Of a stretch of DNA of 64,000 bases, positions 38,017 to 50,512 are shown piece after piece. The translations under genes and the position numbers were made by a program. This stretch comes from Selaginella moellendorffii (Eukaryota; Plantae; Lycopodiophyta). The stretch spans positions 1,220,654 to 1,284,653 of the forward strand of contig NW_003314308.1 of the NCBI RefSeq assembly GCF_000143415.4. The letters run 5' to 3'. The number at the start of each line of letters is the position of its first letter. The first letter of the stretch is position 1. The notes beneath the pieces were generated by a model. It was not told where the DNA came from, ran no database searches, and worked only from the letters and a program-made list of their open reading frames with translations.

Positions 38017-38690
38017 TGTAGCGCATGTGATCATGGGATGAGATTTGGATATACTGTCACTGTGGATCCTTGGAACCTTGGGGGATAAATGGGGATAAAA
38101 TAGCCACTAAGGGCTCTCTCATCAAGCAATTGCCCCTTTTCCAGTTGGCCTAAGGGGAGAGAGATAAGGTGCGCTACAGTTGGTATCGGAGCAAATGGCA
38201 CGGGTTTGATTCCCATTGATTAGTGGCTACTTAAAAGTATAATATACCCTTGAGCAAGGTATATTCCTACCCCTAAATTTGAAATCGTATGTATTGGGCA
38301 TCCATACGTACGTCCTTCCTCTTGTGTGGAGTATCCACGGACGAAGGTATCCACCGTGGGACTGCGGTATGGGTGGATGACTAGTTGCCTCACATGGAAT
38401 AGCTGGTCTACACAATGGAAGGATTGGTAGATTGAGTGCGGAAATGGAGGTGCTGGTTCCCCTTGGCTCAGTAGGGGTTGCTAGTCAATAGTCAATGAGG
38501 ACATTGACATTTCTGAAGGGGGGGTGAGTGTAGCGCATGTGATCATGGGATGAGATTTGGATATACTGTCACCGTGGATCCTTGGAACCTTGGGGGATAA
38601 ATGGGGATAAAATAGCCACTAAGGGCTCTCTCATCAAGCAATTGCCCCTTTTCCAGTTGGCTTAAAGGGAGAGAGATAAGGTGCGCTACA
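38017..38690 (+). mobile_element. Complete TRIM (162-bp LTRs 38017-38178 and 38529-38690)
   Basis: LTR ends TGTAGCGCA...TGCGCTACA. PBS TGGTATCGGAGC (tRNA-iMet-like), PPT GAAGGGGGGGTGAG, TSD ATTTC/ATCTC, non-coding internal part. Confidence 0.92.
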
Positions 38691-38788
38691 ATCTCGGGTC
38701 CATCTCAAACTCATTCTTAGACTCCATCTTTGGTCTACCTTGGACTCCTTCTCAGACTCTATCTTAGGTCCATCTTGGACTCCAACTT

Positions 38789-39731
38789 TGTAGCGCACTT
38801 GAATCTGGAGCTGAACTCCAAGCCCGTTGCGCTACAAAACGAGGGTCCGGTACAATCCCACGAGCACCAGCTCCCCATATCCAGCACCTGTAAGCAAAAT
38901 GGTGTCAAATGGAGTCTAGCATAATTTTGGCATACCGGTGGCTTAACGCGAGGAGGAGGGTACCCCACCGAATAGAGCAACGTGGAGCTTAGGCTTAGAC
39001 TCAAGCCGGACGTAGAACAAGGAGCGACACAGCCCAGCAGGGGCCAAACTAATGTCTCAGGTGATCGGACATGCATTTCAACCACTATCCCTACTATACA
39101 TTTAGTCCCACCAACCACTATCCACCACAGCATTTCAACCACTATCCCCACAGCCCCCCCGCCCCCCCTTCCCCCTTGAGGAACACATGCTTTGGGCTTT
39201 CACCCCAAGCCTCCTTTAGTATCAAGAGTTAGTCTCTGGGACAAGTTCAAAACTTATTAAATATAGAATGGTGTTAGATTGCGAATTTGGACATGGGATG
39301 AACACCATTATATTTAGGTCAATCTCTACATTATGTAGATATGCTAAATGAGCAAATCTAAACACTTTCCATAAATAGCATTTGGGACCAAAATGAGACT
39401 AACACAAAAGGCATGATAGCGAGGGTGTTTGGTAGACATGGTAAACTATCATCTAACAAATATTGAGGGACTAATCTCAATATCGCGGGGGTTCCCAACA
39501 CTAGCAAGTGCAAGTCAGCATCATGAGTTTCTCGTCACCGTGTCAAATATGCTTCCTTAGTGCCCTTCCGATCTAAGTGCATATATGCTGACCAGTTTCT
39601 CAACTAGCTTGGGCGGAGACCATAAAGGGAACCAGCAATACCGACCTCTTGCCGTCATGGTAGTAAGAAGAGAGTGTCCGTAAAGACTAGCCAACAAGTA
39701 TCTTTCGATACCTGAAGTCACATTTGCGACA
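38789..39731. mobile_element. Solo LTR of a second family (943 bp), TSD AACTT
   Basis: Starts TGTAGCGCA and ends TTGCGACA. aactt at 38784-38788 and 39732-39736. The host LTR resumes on both sides. Confidence 0.8.
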
Positions 39732-40594
39732 AACTTAAGTTTAATCTTAACACTTTCACATATCATGTATTGATCCTCTTGTGTCTATTTTCTAAAGGCT
39801 CGCTTATTGATTGTTTCGTGCTTATTCCTTAATCACTTTATTAAGAGTTCCACCTTTGCTCTTGACTTTTCAAGTTGGAGCTTTTAGTCCAAACGTGTTA
39901 CACTTGTTTAGCTTTTGCTTCAGCCACTACCACATGGCACCCTCTCAGCTCCACTTTAGAGCTTAGGGATTTGTGTTTCACACTACTAAAGCTTATGAGA
40001 TATAAATCCCTAAGCCCTAAATTGGAGATGAAAGGGTGCCACATAATAGTGATCAAAGTGGAAATCCAATAATCATAACATGTTTGGATCAAAAGTTCTA
40101 ACTTGGAAAGTTGAGAGTGGGAGTGGAACTTTGAACAAAGTGCTCGAGAATGAAGCAATCGGTGAATGAGTCTATAAAAAGGGATATAAGAAGGACTGAC
40201 ACATGGAAGTGTCAAGATTAAGTCCAAAAAAGAGTTTAAGAAGGAGTTTAAAATGGAGTCTAAAAAGGACTTCAAAAAAAAACATCTAAGATGGAGTTTG
40301 ATATAGACTCGAGATGGAGTCTGAGATGGAGTCTGGTATAGACCTAAGATGGAATCTGAGATGGACTTGAGATGGAGTCTGAGATGGACCAGAGATGGAG
40401 TCCGATATCAAGTCCGAGATGGAGACCAAGACCTGGTTTGAAGTCAAGTCCGAGGTCGAGTCTGAAGTTGAGGTTGAGACTGAGCCTGAGACTAAGACTA
40501 AGACCAAAACCAAGACTGAGTTGAAGACCGAGTCCAAGACTAAGACTGAGACCGAGATCGAGACCAAGACTGAGTCCAAGTCCAAGTCTAAGTC

Positions 40595-41130
40595 TGTAAC
40601 GCATGTGATCATGGGATGAAATTTGAATATACTGTCACTGTGGATCCTTAGAACGTTGGGGGATAAATGGAGATAAAATAGCCATTAAGGGTTCTCTCAT
40701 CAAGCAATTGCTCCTTTTTCAATTGGATTAAAGGGAGAGAAATAAGGTGTATTATATGTGGTATTGGAGTAAATGGCATGGGTTCAATTTTTATTAATTA
40801 GTGGCTATTTAACAATATAATGTACCCTTGAGCAAGGTATATTCTTACCTTAAATTTGAAATCATATGTATTGGGCATCTATGCGTACATCCTTCCTCTT
40901 GGTAGAGCATCCACAGATGAAGGTATCCATTGTGAGACTGCGGTACGGGTGGATGATTAATTGCCTCACATGGAATAACTGATTTACACAATAGAAGGAT
41001 TGGTAAATTCAATACGGAAATGGAAGTGTTGATTCCCCTTGGCTTAGTAGCTAGTAGCCATTAAGGGCTCTCTCATCATGCAATTACCCCTTTTTTAATT
41101 GGCTTAAGGAGAGAGAGAGGGTGCATTACA
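40595..41130 (+). mobile_element. TRIM copy with internal deletion, TSD AAGTC
   Basis: tgtaacgcatgtgatc...gtgcattaca flanked by aagtc on both sides. Confidence 0.85.
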
Positions 41131-41284
41131 AAGTCTGAGTCTGAGTCCAAAGGTGAAAGCCCAAAATGATCATCTCTTAGACCCTAGGGGGTATGGTGAG
41201 CTCCAAAAATATAGTAGGGGGAGGACTTTAGTGGAGCTAGTTTGGCTAGGAAATGCCAGTGTGATTAAGGAAGGCCATACCCAT

Positions 41285-43052
41285 TGTGAGACATAAATCC
41301 CAAAGCCTCAAAAGTGGAGCTGAAAGGGTGCCATATGGTAGTGGCTGAAGTGGAAGCCAAACGAAAATAACATATTTGGACTAAAAGTTCCTACTTAGAT
41401 AGTCAAGAGTGGGAGTGGAACTCCCAACAAAGTGATCAAGGAATGAGCATAAAGCAAGCAGTAAGTGAGTCTCTAGAAAAGGGACACAAGAGGATGAACA
41501 CATGACATGTGGAAGAGTCCAAGATGGAGTCTAAGATGGACCCGAGATGGAGTCCAAGATTGAGTTCGAGATGGAGCCTGGGATGGACCTGAGATGGAGT
41601 CTGAAATGGACCCAAGATGGAGTCCGAAATGGACTTGAAGTGGAATCCAAAATGGAGGCTAAGATGGAACCGAATTTGAGTCTGAGTTTGAGTTTGAGTC
41701 CGAATACTAATATAGGTTATTGGGTAAAAGCCCAAAGCAATCATCCCCCGGGAGAGTGTAGGGGTTGGACCCCAGTGGAGTTAGTTTGGCCAGGAAAGGC
41801 TAGTATAACCCAGGAAGGCTATGCCCATGTTGGGTAATGATATATCCACTAAAGAGTCCAAAGCTAGAGTGAATACGGATAAACAGGTAAAGTAGTTTAG
41901 TGAAGTGTTCAAGAGTTGGCTTTAGTTCCCCCAAGAGATCGAATGGTCAATGCTCCTAGTCCAAGCATGGGTAGCACTATCTACTTGGATACGTGGCATG
42001 GCTCAACGGAACCTCACTCTAGCCCCATGACTAAAGCACCCAAAGGTGGAAGGTGGGGAGAGTACCTATGATGCTCACTTAGGGCTACGGTGTTCTGAAA
42101 TGTTGTTCCAAAGTCCCTGATTATGGAAAGGAAAAGGGGCAATCCTCTAGTGTAGTGACAAAGGATACTATTACATAGTGAAGAAGTCCTAAAAAATAAT
42201 GGGATTTAGTGGTCAGGCCAGTGGGCCTTGACCCAATGGCAATGTTGGTGAACATGACTATGGACAAAAAGGGACTTGGTGGGGATTTGTAGCGTATATA
42301 ATTATGGGATGAGATTTGGATATACTGTTACCATGGATCCTTGGAACCTTGGGGAATAGCTAGTCTACACAATAGAAGGATTGGTAGATTCAATGCAGAA
42401 ATGGAGGTGCTGGTTCCCCTTGGCTCAGTAGGGGTTGTTAGTCAATAGTCAATGAAAACATTGACATCTCTAAAAGGGGGGTGAGTGTAGCGTATGTGAT
42501 GATAGCATGAGATTTAGATATACTATCACCATAGATCCTTGGAACCTTGAAGGATAAATGGGTATAAAATAGCCACTAAGGGCTCTTTCATCAAGTAATT
42601 GCCCCTTTTGTAGTTGGCTTAAGGGGAGAGAGATAAAGTGCATTATAGGATTGAAAAATGCATATTAGGGAAGGTTATTCCCCATATCTGCAAGCATTTT
42701 AAAGATGCAAAAGAGTGGATGTAAGATGACCACTCATGGATGGATGGCTTAGTCTTTGAGAGACGGGACTATGATGTAGGTGGTTTTGGATCATCAGTGT
42801 GACAAATGTAAATGGGCATGGCCTTAGCGTAATGGGCTGATATGTCAATGGTACCTTTAGGTGTCGGTCATGGGATCGGACATGTGGAGCACTTGGACCA
42901 AGTGCAAAGGTTGAGTGGCATGGATGTCATTTTTGGGACTAGCAAGCCCTAAATCCGAAATAGAACTTATGAAGATTGTAAATGAGATTCCTCCAGGTGG
43001 TCAGAGGTGTGGTTAAATGATTAAAGTAAAATAGAAAATTTAGTCGTTTACA
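41285..43052 (+). mobile_element. Family-L solo LTR nested in its own family, TSD CCCAT
   Basis: TGTGAGAC...GTTTACA, with cccat at 41280-41284 and 43053-43057. Confidence 0.85.
42288..42647 (+). mobile_element. Deleted TRIM copy, TSD GGATT
   Basis: tgtagcgtat...gtgcattata flanked by ggatt. PPT retained. Confidence 0.82.
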
Positions 43053-43899
43053 CCCATGTGGTGGGTGATAATATAACCACTGAGGAGTCCAAGACTAAAG
43101 TGAATATAGACGGATAAGTGGGGTAACTTGGTGAAGTGTTCAAAAGCGGCTTTAGCTCCTCTGGAAAATTGAATGGTTAATGCTCCCAATCTAAGTATGG
43201 GTGGCATTACTTACTTTGATATTTAGTGTAGCTTATCAGAACCTTGCTCTAGCCACATGGTTAGAGCACTTAAGGGTGGAAGGTAAGGAGAGTACCCACA
43301 ATACTTGTATAGGGCCTTGATGTTTTGAAATATCATCCTAATGTCTTAGACTGTGGAAAAGAAAAGGAATAATCCTCTTATGTAGTGATTAAGGATATGG
43401 TCACATGGTAAGGAAGTCCTAGATGTCAATGGGACTTAGTGGTCAAGCCTTCAAGCCTTGACCTAGTAGTTGTGTTGGTGAGCATGGTTATGGATGGAGG
43501 GGGACTTCATAGGAACTAAAGAAGGGACATTAAGGAAGGGTGTTTTTTATGTCTCCAGACATCCTAAGGATGTTAAAGTGTGGTCTTAAGATGACCACTC
43601 ATGGATAAATGGCCTAATTTAGGAGAGATAAAAGTATAGTATAGCTTTAGTGTAATGGGCTAAGATGTCAATAGTACCTTTGGGGTGTTAGTCATGGGAT
43701 TGGACACATGGAGAACTTAGACCAAGTGTAAAGGCTAAATGGCATAAATGCCATTCTTAGGGCAATTTAATAACTTAACCACACCTTTGACTATTTGGAG
43801 GAATTTCACTCACAATTTCCATAAATCTTATTCCTAACTTGGGGACATGCTAATGTTAAAAAGTTTTTAAAATTCATTAATAATAGCTGTAATACTTGT

Positions 43900-46800
43900 T
43901 CAACAAAAGTGGAGCAATATTCAAATTGATATCTTTGACTACACAATCAAAATGGTACTTTCATAATAACAAGAAAACCACAAAAATCTACTAATCTACT
44001 ATACCAGTCAAAGATTCAATTTAGTTTAGATGAATTACACCACCATCAAAAATGAAGTTCTCAAAATGGTCTATGCATTTTAGATATTTTGACATTACCT
44101 CTTTGGCAATAAAGTGAAGATTATGGTCGATCATAAAACACTTTTACACTTTTTCATAAAACCATCCTCATCTATAAAATTGCTCGATGGTTTTTACTTC
44201 TTAAAAAATATAACTTCCAGATCATTCATAAACCCAGCAAACAACATAAACAAACACATTAGCCGTATTACGACATATGAACAACTAAAGTATAACATGA
44301 ATGACTTCTTAAATTTAAACATCTTGTGAGTCTATACTTCACCAATTTGAATACATGACATCTACCACTAGACAACAACAAGATTTCATACCAATATATT
44401 ACTTCAGACCAACACAAACAATTTGTTTTGAGGATAAAATTATATTCAACCGTGGGAGGAAGACTATATAAAAAAAGATTAAACAATGTATTATAAAGAT
44501 GTGTACAACTTGAAAAACTCAAGATTTACTTGATGAAATTCGCTATGGACAAATACAAAGGCACTTTGCAAAAAAAATCACAGCTCGAAAGATTTTACAA
44601 GATAATCTTTGGTGGCCAGACACTCTAAAATGATTTAACAAAATTTTGTCAAAAATTCAACATTTATCAAAGAACCAAATATATGAGAAAAAAAAAAGAA
44701 TCAAGAACTTTATTCTAGAACTCCTCTTGAATAATTTCAACGATGGGGACTCAACTTTGTAGGACTATTTACAATAAGTTCCAAGCAAAAAAAATACATC
44801 CCTATAGCTACTAACTATATGACGAAGTGGGTCAAAGTTAAACTAATGAAGGCTATAACAACGAAAAGCACAGCAAAGTTCATTTATGAAAACATTATTC
44901 ACAAAATATGGTTTACCTTGAAAACTTATTATTAATCGAGGAACACTCTTCATAAAAAAAACTATCAATATTCTAACTCAAGAGTTCATAATCAAGCACA
45001 GAGCACCAACACCATACTATCCTCAAAGAAATGGTTAAGCCAAATCTACAAACAAGACCCTTAAAAATATACTCAAAAAGATCAAAAGATGAATCTAAAA
45101 GATTGGGACAATTGCATCTATAATGCCTTATAGGATTATTGAATTACTTACAAGGTTTCAATAAATTTGACACCATTCAAGCTCACCTACGGCTTAGAAG
45201 CATTTGAGTACATTGTTTTTCATTGCGAATAACAATACATTATGAGATCAACCAAGAAGAGTCAATCAGAAAAAGATTAGCAATGCTAAAAAAATTTGAT
45301 AAAGAATGACTACAAACAATTTGGACTCATTAAGCTATTTAAACTAGAAGAAAAACTAACCATAATAGAAAAAGACAACTCAAGAAAAGTGAAGAATTCA
45401 AAGTTGGATATCAAATTCTATCGTTTAAAGTAAATAAAAAGAAAATTGGCTCAAAAATAAAATCAAGATAAAAAATACCATTCTTTGTCTAACAATTTAA
45501 AGCTCTAGTAATGGTAGCAATTATAACATTTGACGACGAATATCTCCAAACTATCAACTTCAACAAGCTCAAAAAATATCAATCGATTGACACCAATTTT
45601 ATCAGCAATGATGTAGAAAGAAGTGAAGATTACAACTTTGAAACTCAAAAATTCAATATAGAAGAAAATCACAAACATAACACTCAACAATTCAAGGATT
45701 TACAACACAAAATTCAAGACTTCAACAAAAAAAAAATCAATTCAAGAAAATCAAATTCAAGAAATTAAACTCAAGAACCAACTTAAGAAATCAACTCAAA
45801 GAAGAACTTCAAATATCAATTACAAGAAGGCAACTCTAAAAAAATTCTCGAAATCAAGCTCAAAAACTTAATTCAAAGAAAATTTTCAAACTCGAAGTTC
45901 AAGGAATCAAGAAAAGACTAAAATCAACAATCATCACAATTCACTAAAATTCAATAATAAATATGCATAAGATCAAGAGAAAACAAGTTTCAACAAGAAA
46001 ATAACAAGAAAGAGAAAATTTAAGCTAGAAAATCAAACTTAAACCACTTAACAATTAGTCAAATTTGGAGAAATGTTGAAATTCCTGAACTTCATAGCAT
46101 GCAGCCAAGTTTGGAGGACATCCTAAACCCTAAACAAGTGATGGATTAATCTCCTGTAGACACACTCCCTAAAGTGATCACTTGCTAGAGACACTCCTTG
46201 AACTTTGGTTCATTCTTGGTCAAGACTAAACTCACCTCACAAACCTAACCGCCTCTTGTATTGCACTTGTATTGCCAACAATATTGTGTGCCAAGATCAA
46301 GAAAATGAAATAGGAAAGTGGGGCATATAAGCATGCAGCATTGCTAAGGAGTTCATCTTCAATCCCAAGGCACTCAACATGATCAAGGTGAGTCTCCTTT
46401 GTAATCCTATTTGGAATAAGATTGAAAAGCTTAACACATGGCTACACGAAGTCAAACTTTACGAGTTCTCAAAGATCATGGAGAAGTTATACAACATCAA
46501 TATCACCAAGAAGCTTCTCTTAGCATATAAGGAAGAATTCATGCACACCAACGACTACAAGTTTGTCTTGAGTGCCAAGTATTTTGCATAGACATTCAAA
46601 CTTCCCACTAGTGGAGAGCCAGTGACATTGATTCCATACATGAAGGGGATTCCACTAAAATGTATCAAGGTACATGAAAACTACAACAACAGAAATTTTG
46701 TGCAAATGAACAATGTGATCAATGAAGCTAAGTTACAACTCAAGTTTTTGATCTCCATATTAGAGATGTGCAAGTCCATGACTTCCGCTAGCAAAGCAAT

Positions 46801-47460
46801 TGCAATTCTCTACAATGACTTATAGCAAAAGACACAAGTTGACATTGCCAGTTATCTCCATGACAAGATCATCAAGGAATTTAGCAACAAAAGACTAGGC
46901 AAAGCCATGAAGATAGAGACATTACGAACACGAAGAAAAAGAGAATGTGCTTCAAAAATATGAGAAGATTTGATCCTCTTCGGACTAGCAAAGAGACAAA
47001 AAGCATCAATTAAGACAACACCACCCATTCATAAGGCCAAGGTAACATCTACACAATAGTAAGAAATTTGTCAAGAGAACGACCAACAACAAAGATCATG
47101 AAGCTTAAGGTGAGGAAATTCAAAAGAACACTGAAGAATAAGATCCTGAATACATAACTACCTTGTTGGATGATGCCAAGAATGAGATAAGTGCCAAGAA
47201 GGAGGTTCCAAACCTATAGTCATCACAACTAAAGGAGGGTAATATGAACATGACCTAGCAGGAGCAGCCTCTAGCATCTCCACCACATGCGGCAACACTA
47301 ACAAATCTAGCTCTTGACACCAATACCAATAGCATCCCACATCACCATGTACATCACAGTCAAGAGTGTCCCAAGCAAGAGTGATGTCGTGAGCCCAAGC
47401 TTCCACACTAGATCTTAAGCTCGGCATTTCTCCAGTTTATGGACAAAATGCAATATCTCC
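43900..47460 (+). mobile_element. Decayed Ty3/Gypsy internal region (RNase H - integrase pseudogene, then further ORF remnants)
   Basis: NYTTIKNEVL..MVYAF, HYLFGNKV..MVDHKTL, GHFAKKITARKILQ..LWWP, QRWGLNFVG, TPYYPQRNG, TPFKLTYGLEA with stops. RH-before-IN order indicates Gypsy. Confidence 0.82.
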
Positions 47461-47530
47461 AGCTGTTATAAATATGACTGTGGATATAAAAAAATTACTT
47501 ATCGACAAATCCTTTTGAATATTTTTTTTC

Positions 47531-47617
47531 TATTTTTATCCCTATTTATCCCCCAAAGTTTTAAGGATTTACGGTGATAGTATATCTAAATCTCATCCCA
47601 TGATCACATGCGTTACA
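47531..47617 (-). mobile_element. Partial TRIM LTR, reverse orientation
   Basis: Reverse complement reads tgtaacgcatgtgatcatgggatgagatttagatatac... Confidence 0.75.
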
Positions 47618-48915
47618 TTGTGTATGATCTTTGATAAATATGCACTTATTCAATTATTATATTAATAATATTCTCGTCTATAGAGTTGTGAGATGAAAGG
47701 AGAAGACACTCTAGCTCAAGTTCATTTTTAGACACTATTGAACAAAATATGCCAAATTAGAATATGATTTTCAACACCACCAATGTTTTATAGTTTCATA
47801 AGTGACAAAGTGTAAAAGAATTTACAAACTATTAAAACCATCTATAATGGTGGTTTAGATAAAGTTTTAATCGGGTGAGAGAGGAATTGCTTATTCCATT
47901 GGGAGTAAAGTATACATGAACACATAGAAAAATGCATTTGAGTGGAATGCCTTGATGAGCACAAGCATTTATGTTGGAGATTAAAAGCTAAAAACACTTT
48001 AAAAGATGTAGAATAGATTTGGTTGGCATGGTGGTTTACTCATTTTCCACATTGGGGGACTCTAATTATTTCTCAAGTGAGCAAATATTAGCATTGATCC
48101 TTTTTATTAATTCTCTTTTTATTATAGATGAGTTCTAAAATAGTTATTACCCAAATTCCAACAATAAATTTTACCAAAAGTTACTATGTGATATGGCTAA
48201 CAAAAATAAGTGGCTTGAAAAATAAACCTCTATCTAAAGCTTGTTGAAATGACTTAATCATTTTTATCTTATAATAGGCCTTTATGCATACTTATATAAA
48301 AGGCCAAGTTATAGGAAATGGACTAAATGTTGAGGATTTAGTGGCACGCTTATCTATTATAACATCAACATGATATTTTAGTTCATAGAATTGATAAAAT
48401 CAACTTTAGATGATTTTGGAATTCAATTCGCAACAAAACCAAATAACCTTGAAATTATCATAAGTGACAAACAAATGAGCTGATATAACTAATAGTTTCG
48501 CACTATAGTATGAGTATATTACTAGAGAACGAGAAGGACAAATAATTTCAGGCAACTAAGATCTCATATGCTTCCAAGTCAAAGAATAAAAAATTCAGAA
48601 GATTGAGTGAGATATATGACAATCTAAAATAAAATCTACAATCAAGTGTCTTGCTTGGATTGGAGGAAAAATATGTGGTAAGCAGATTACTTTAGGAATT
48701 TTATGCAACAATAATAATATGGTGATCTTCCACAACACAATAATCAGTTTATATGGTTCTGTCCAACATAAAGTTTGCACACATAGTTTGTTACAACATA
48801 GATTATCCAATAACTAGAACATGTACTATGTACTTATCTAATTGAAAAAAGGGTGAATTTGACAAATTTGGAGCTTTAAGCTTTGGTTAAAGCAAGCTTT
48901 AAATTTGAAGAGAAC

Positions 48916-49548
48916 TGTAGCATATGTGATCATGAGATGAAATTTAGATATACTGTCACCATGAATTCTTAAAACCTTGGAGGATAAATAGGGATAAAAG
49001 AGCCACTAAGGGCTTTCTCATCAAACAATTACCCCTTTTCCAATTGGTTTAAGGGGAGAAAGATAAAGTGTATTATAGTTGGTATCGGAGTAAATGGCAT
49101 GGATTCGATTCCCATTGATTAGTGGCTATTTAAAAAATATAATATACCTTTGAGCAAGGTATAATTCTACCCCTAAATTTAAAATTGTATATATTGGGTA
49201 TCCATGCGTATGTCCTTCCTGTTGTGTGGAGTATCCATGGACAAAGGTATCCACCATGGGACTGCGGTACGGGTGAATAACTAGTTGCCTCACATGGAAT
49301 AATTGGTCTATACAATGGAGATGTTGATTCCTTTTGGCTCAGTAAAAGTAATTAATTAATAATGAATGAGGACATTGACATCTCTGAAGGGGGGGTGAGT
49401 GTAGCGCATGTGATTATGAGATGAGATTTGAATATACTGTCACCGTGGATCCTTGAAACCTTGGAGGATAAATAGGGATAAAATAGTCATTAAGGGCAAT
49501 TGCCCTTTTTCCAGTTGGCTTAAGCAAAGAGAAATAAAGTGCGCTATA
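48916..49548 (+). mobile_element. Near-complete TRIM copy (no matching TSD)
   Basis: Two LTRs, PBS tggtatcggag, PPT gaagggggggtgag. Confidence 0.85.
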
Positions 49549-50512
49549 GTACACTTTATTGCCACAACCACAAGTTTAACCTTAACACTATTTTTAAGAA
49601 GTTCTGAAAACAAGAAATAACAAACATGTAAAGATTATAAATATTTAGTCAAAGGAAGCAAAAATAACATACTCAAAAGCATTACAGTTGAAGGTGGAAG
49701 TTATCATGGGTATATAGTTCTCAATTATGAAATTGATATTGTAAATGGAAAATTTACAACATCATAATGAATCAATTCCTAAGTTGCACTTGTGCATTCT
49801 TTCAATAGTAAACTTCTAATAAATCTTCCATCCTTTGTAAATATATATATTTTGTATATTGTATGTTTCTCTGGGATGGATCTAAATGTTAAATTTTGGA
49901 TTCATCACTCTGCAATGTTTAAACATGGGGTGTTTATGACATTGAGAAAGAATTCAATATTGATATTGTATTTGAATTTTATATAATATAAATAAATTTT
50001 TATTTATAAATTACATCTAAAACAATATAGAGAATTTCTTATAATAGGGATTTTATAGTAATAATGAAAAATTCAATACAAATATACATTATAAATTAGA
50101 GGATGCTAACTTAAATAATTAGTATAATACTAATTATTAAATATTAAAATAATATTTTCTTCTGTAAACTAGTTGATAAAGCATAACATCTATTAAATAG
50201 CAACTATTGCCACTATGGTAGTTTACACAGATCTAAATATTTAAAATTATTAATTTGGTTTAAAATACCTATTTAATAAGAATATTGCTGTTAAAACCTA
50301 AAAGGAATATTCTTTGTTGTGCTAATATTCTTAAAATGTTTTTGTCAACTCCGGAATGTCTGTTTGGACCAGGACGAGCAGTTGATTCGCCGAATCTATT
50401 TTCTATATGGCTCCTCACACTCAACGACGCGATAAAAGTCTTCTGGGGGTGTTCCAGACAGTGGAGCGCTGTTACAAGGTATATCTTGAGCGCTTAGAGA
50501 TCTCTAGCTGCC

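Larger units (their letters stand above)
36793..39982 (-). mobile_element. Solo LTR, family L (~1.5 kb plus two nested inserts), TSD CTACT
   Basis: Reverse complement of 41285-43052. Flanks ctact at 36788-36792 and 39983-39987. Contains GAGATGGAGTCC-type minisatellites. Confidence 0.85.
39994..43852 (+). mobile_element. Family-L LTR copy hosting a TRIM and another family-L solo LTR; 3' end inverted/truncated
   Basis: Starts tatgagatataaatccc (compare tgtgagacataaatccc). Continues seamlessly across the CCCAT TSD. Confidence 0.78.

Noticed and set aside
38181-38215. tRNA gene
   Set aside because: Only a PBS and a T-arm-like hairpin are present, with no full cloverleaf.
37698-41837. E/S/K/T-rich ORFs (37739-38026, 40286-40619, 41547-41837)
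   Set aside because: They arise from 6- and 12-bp minisatellites inside solo LTRs.
36793-43052. Single giant foldback DNA transposon
   Set aside because: Separate TG...CA ends and 5-bp TSDs show independent LTR insertions in opposite orientations.
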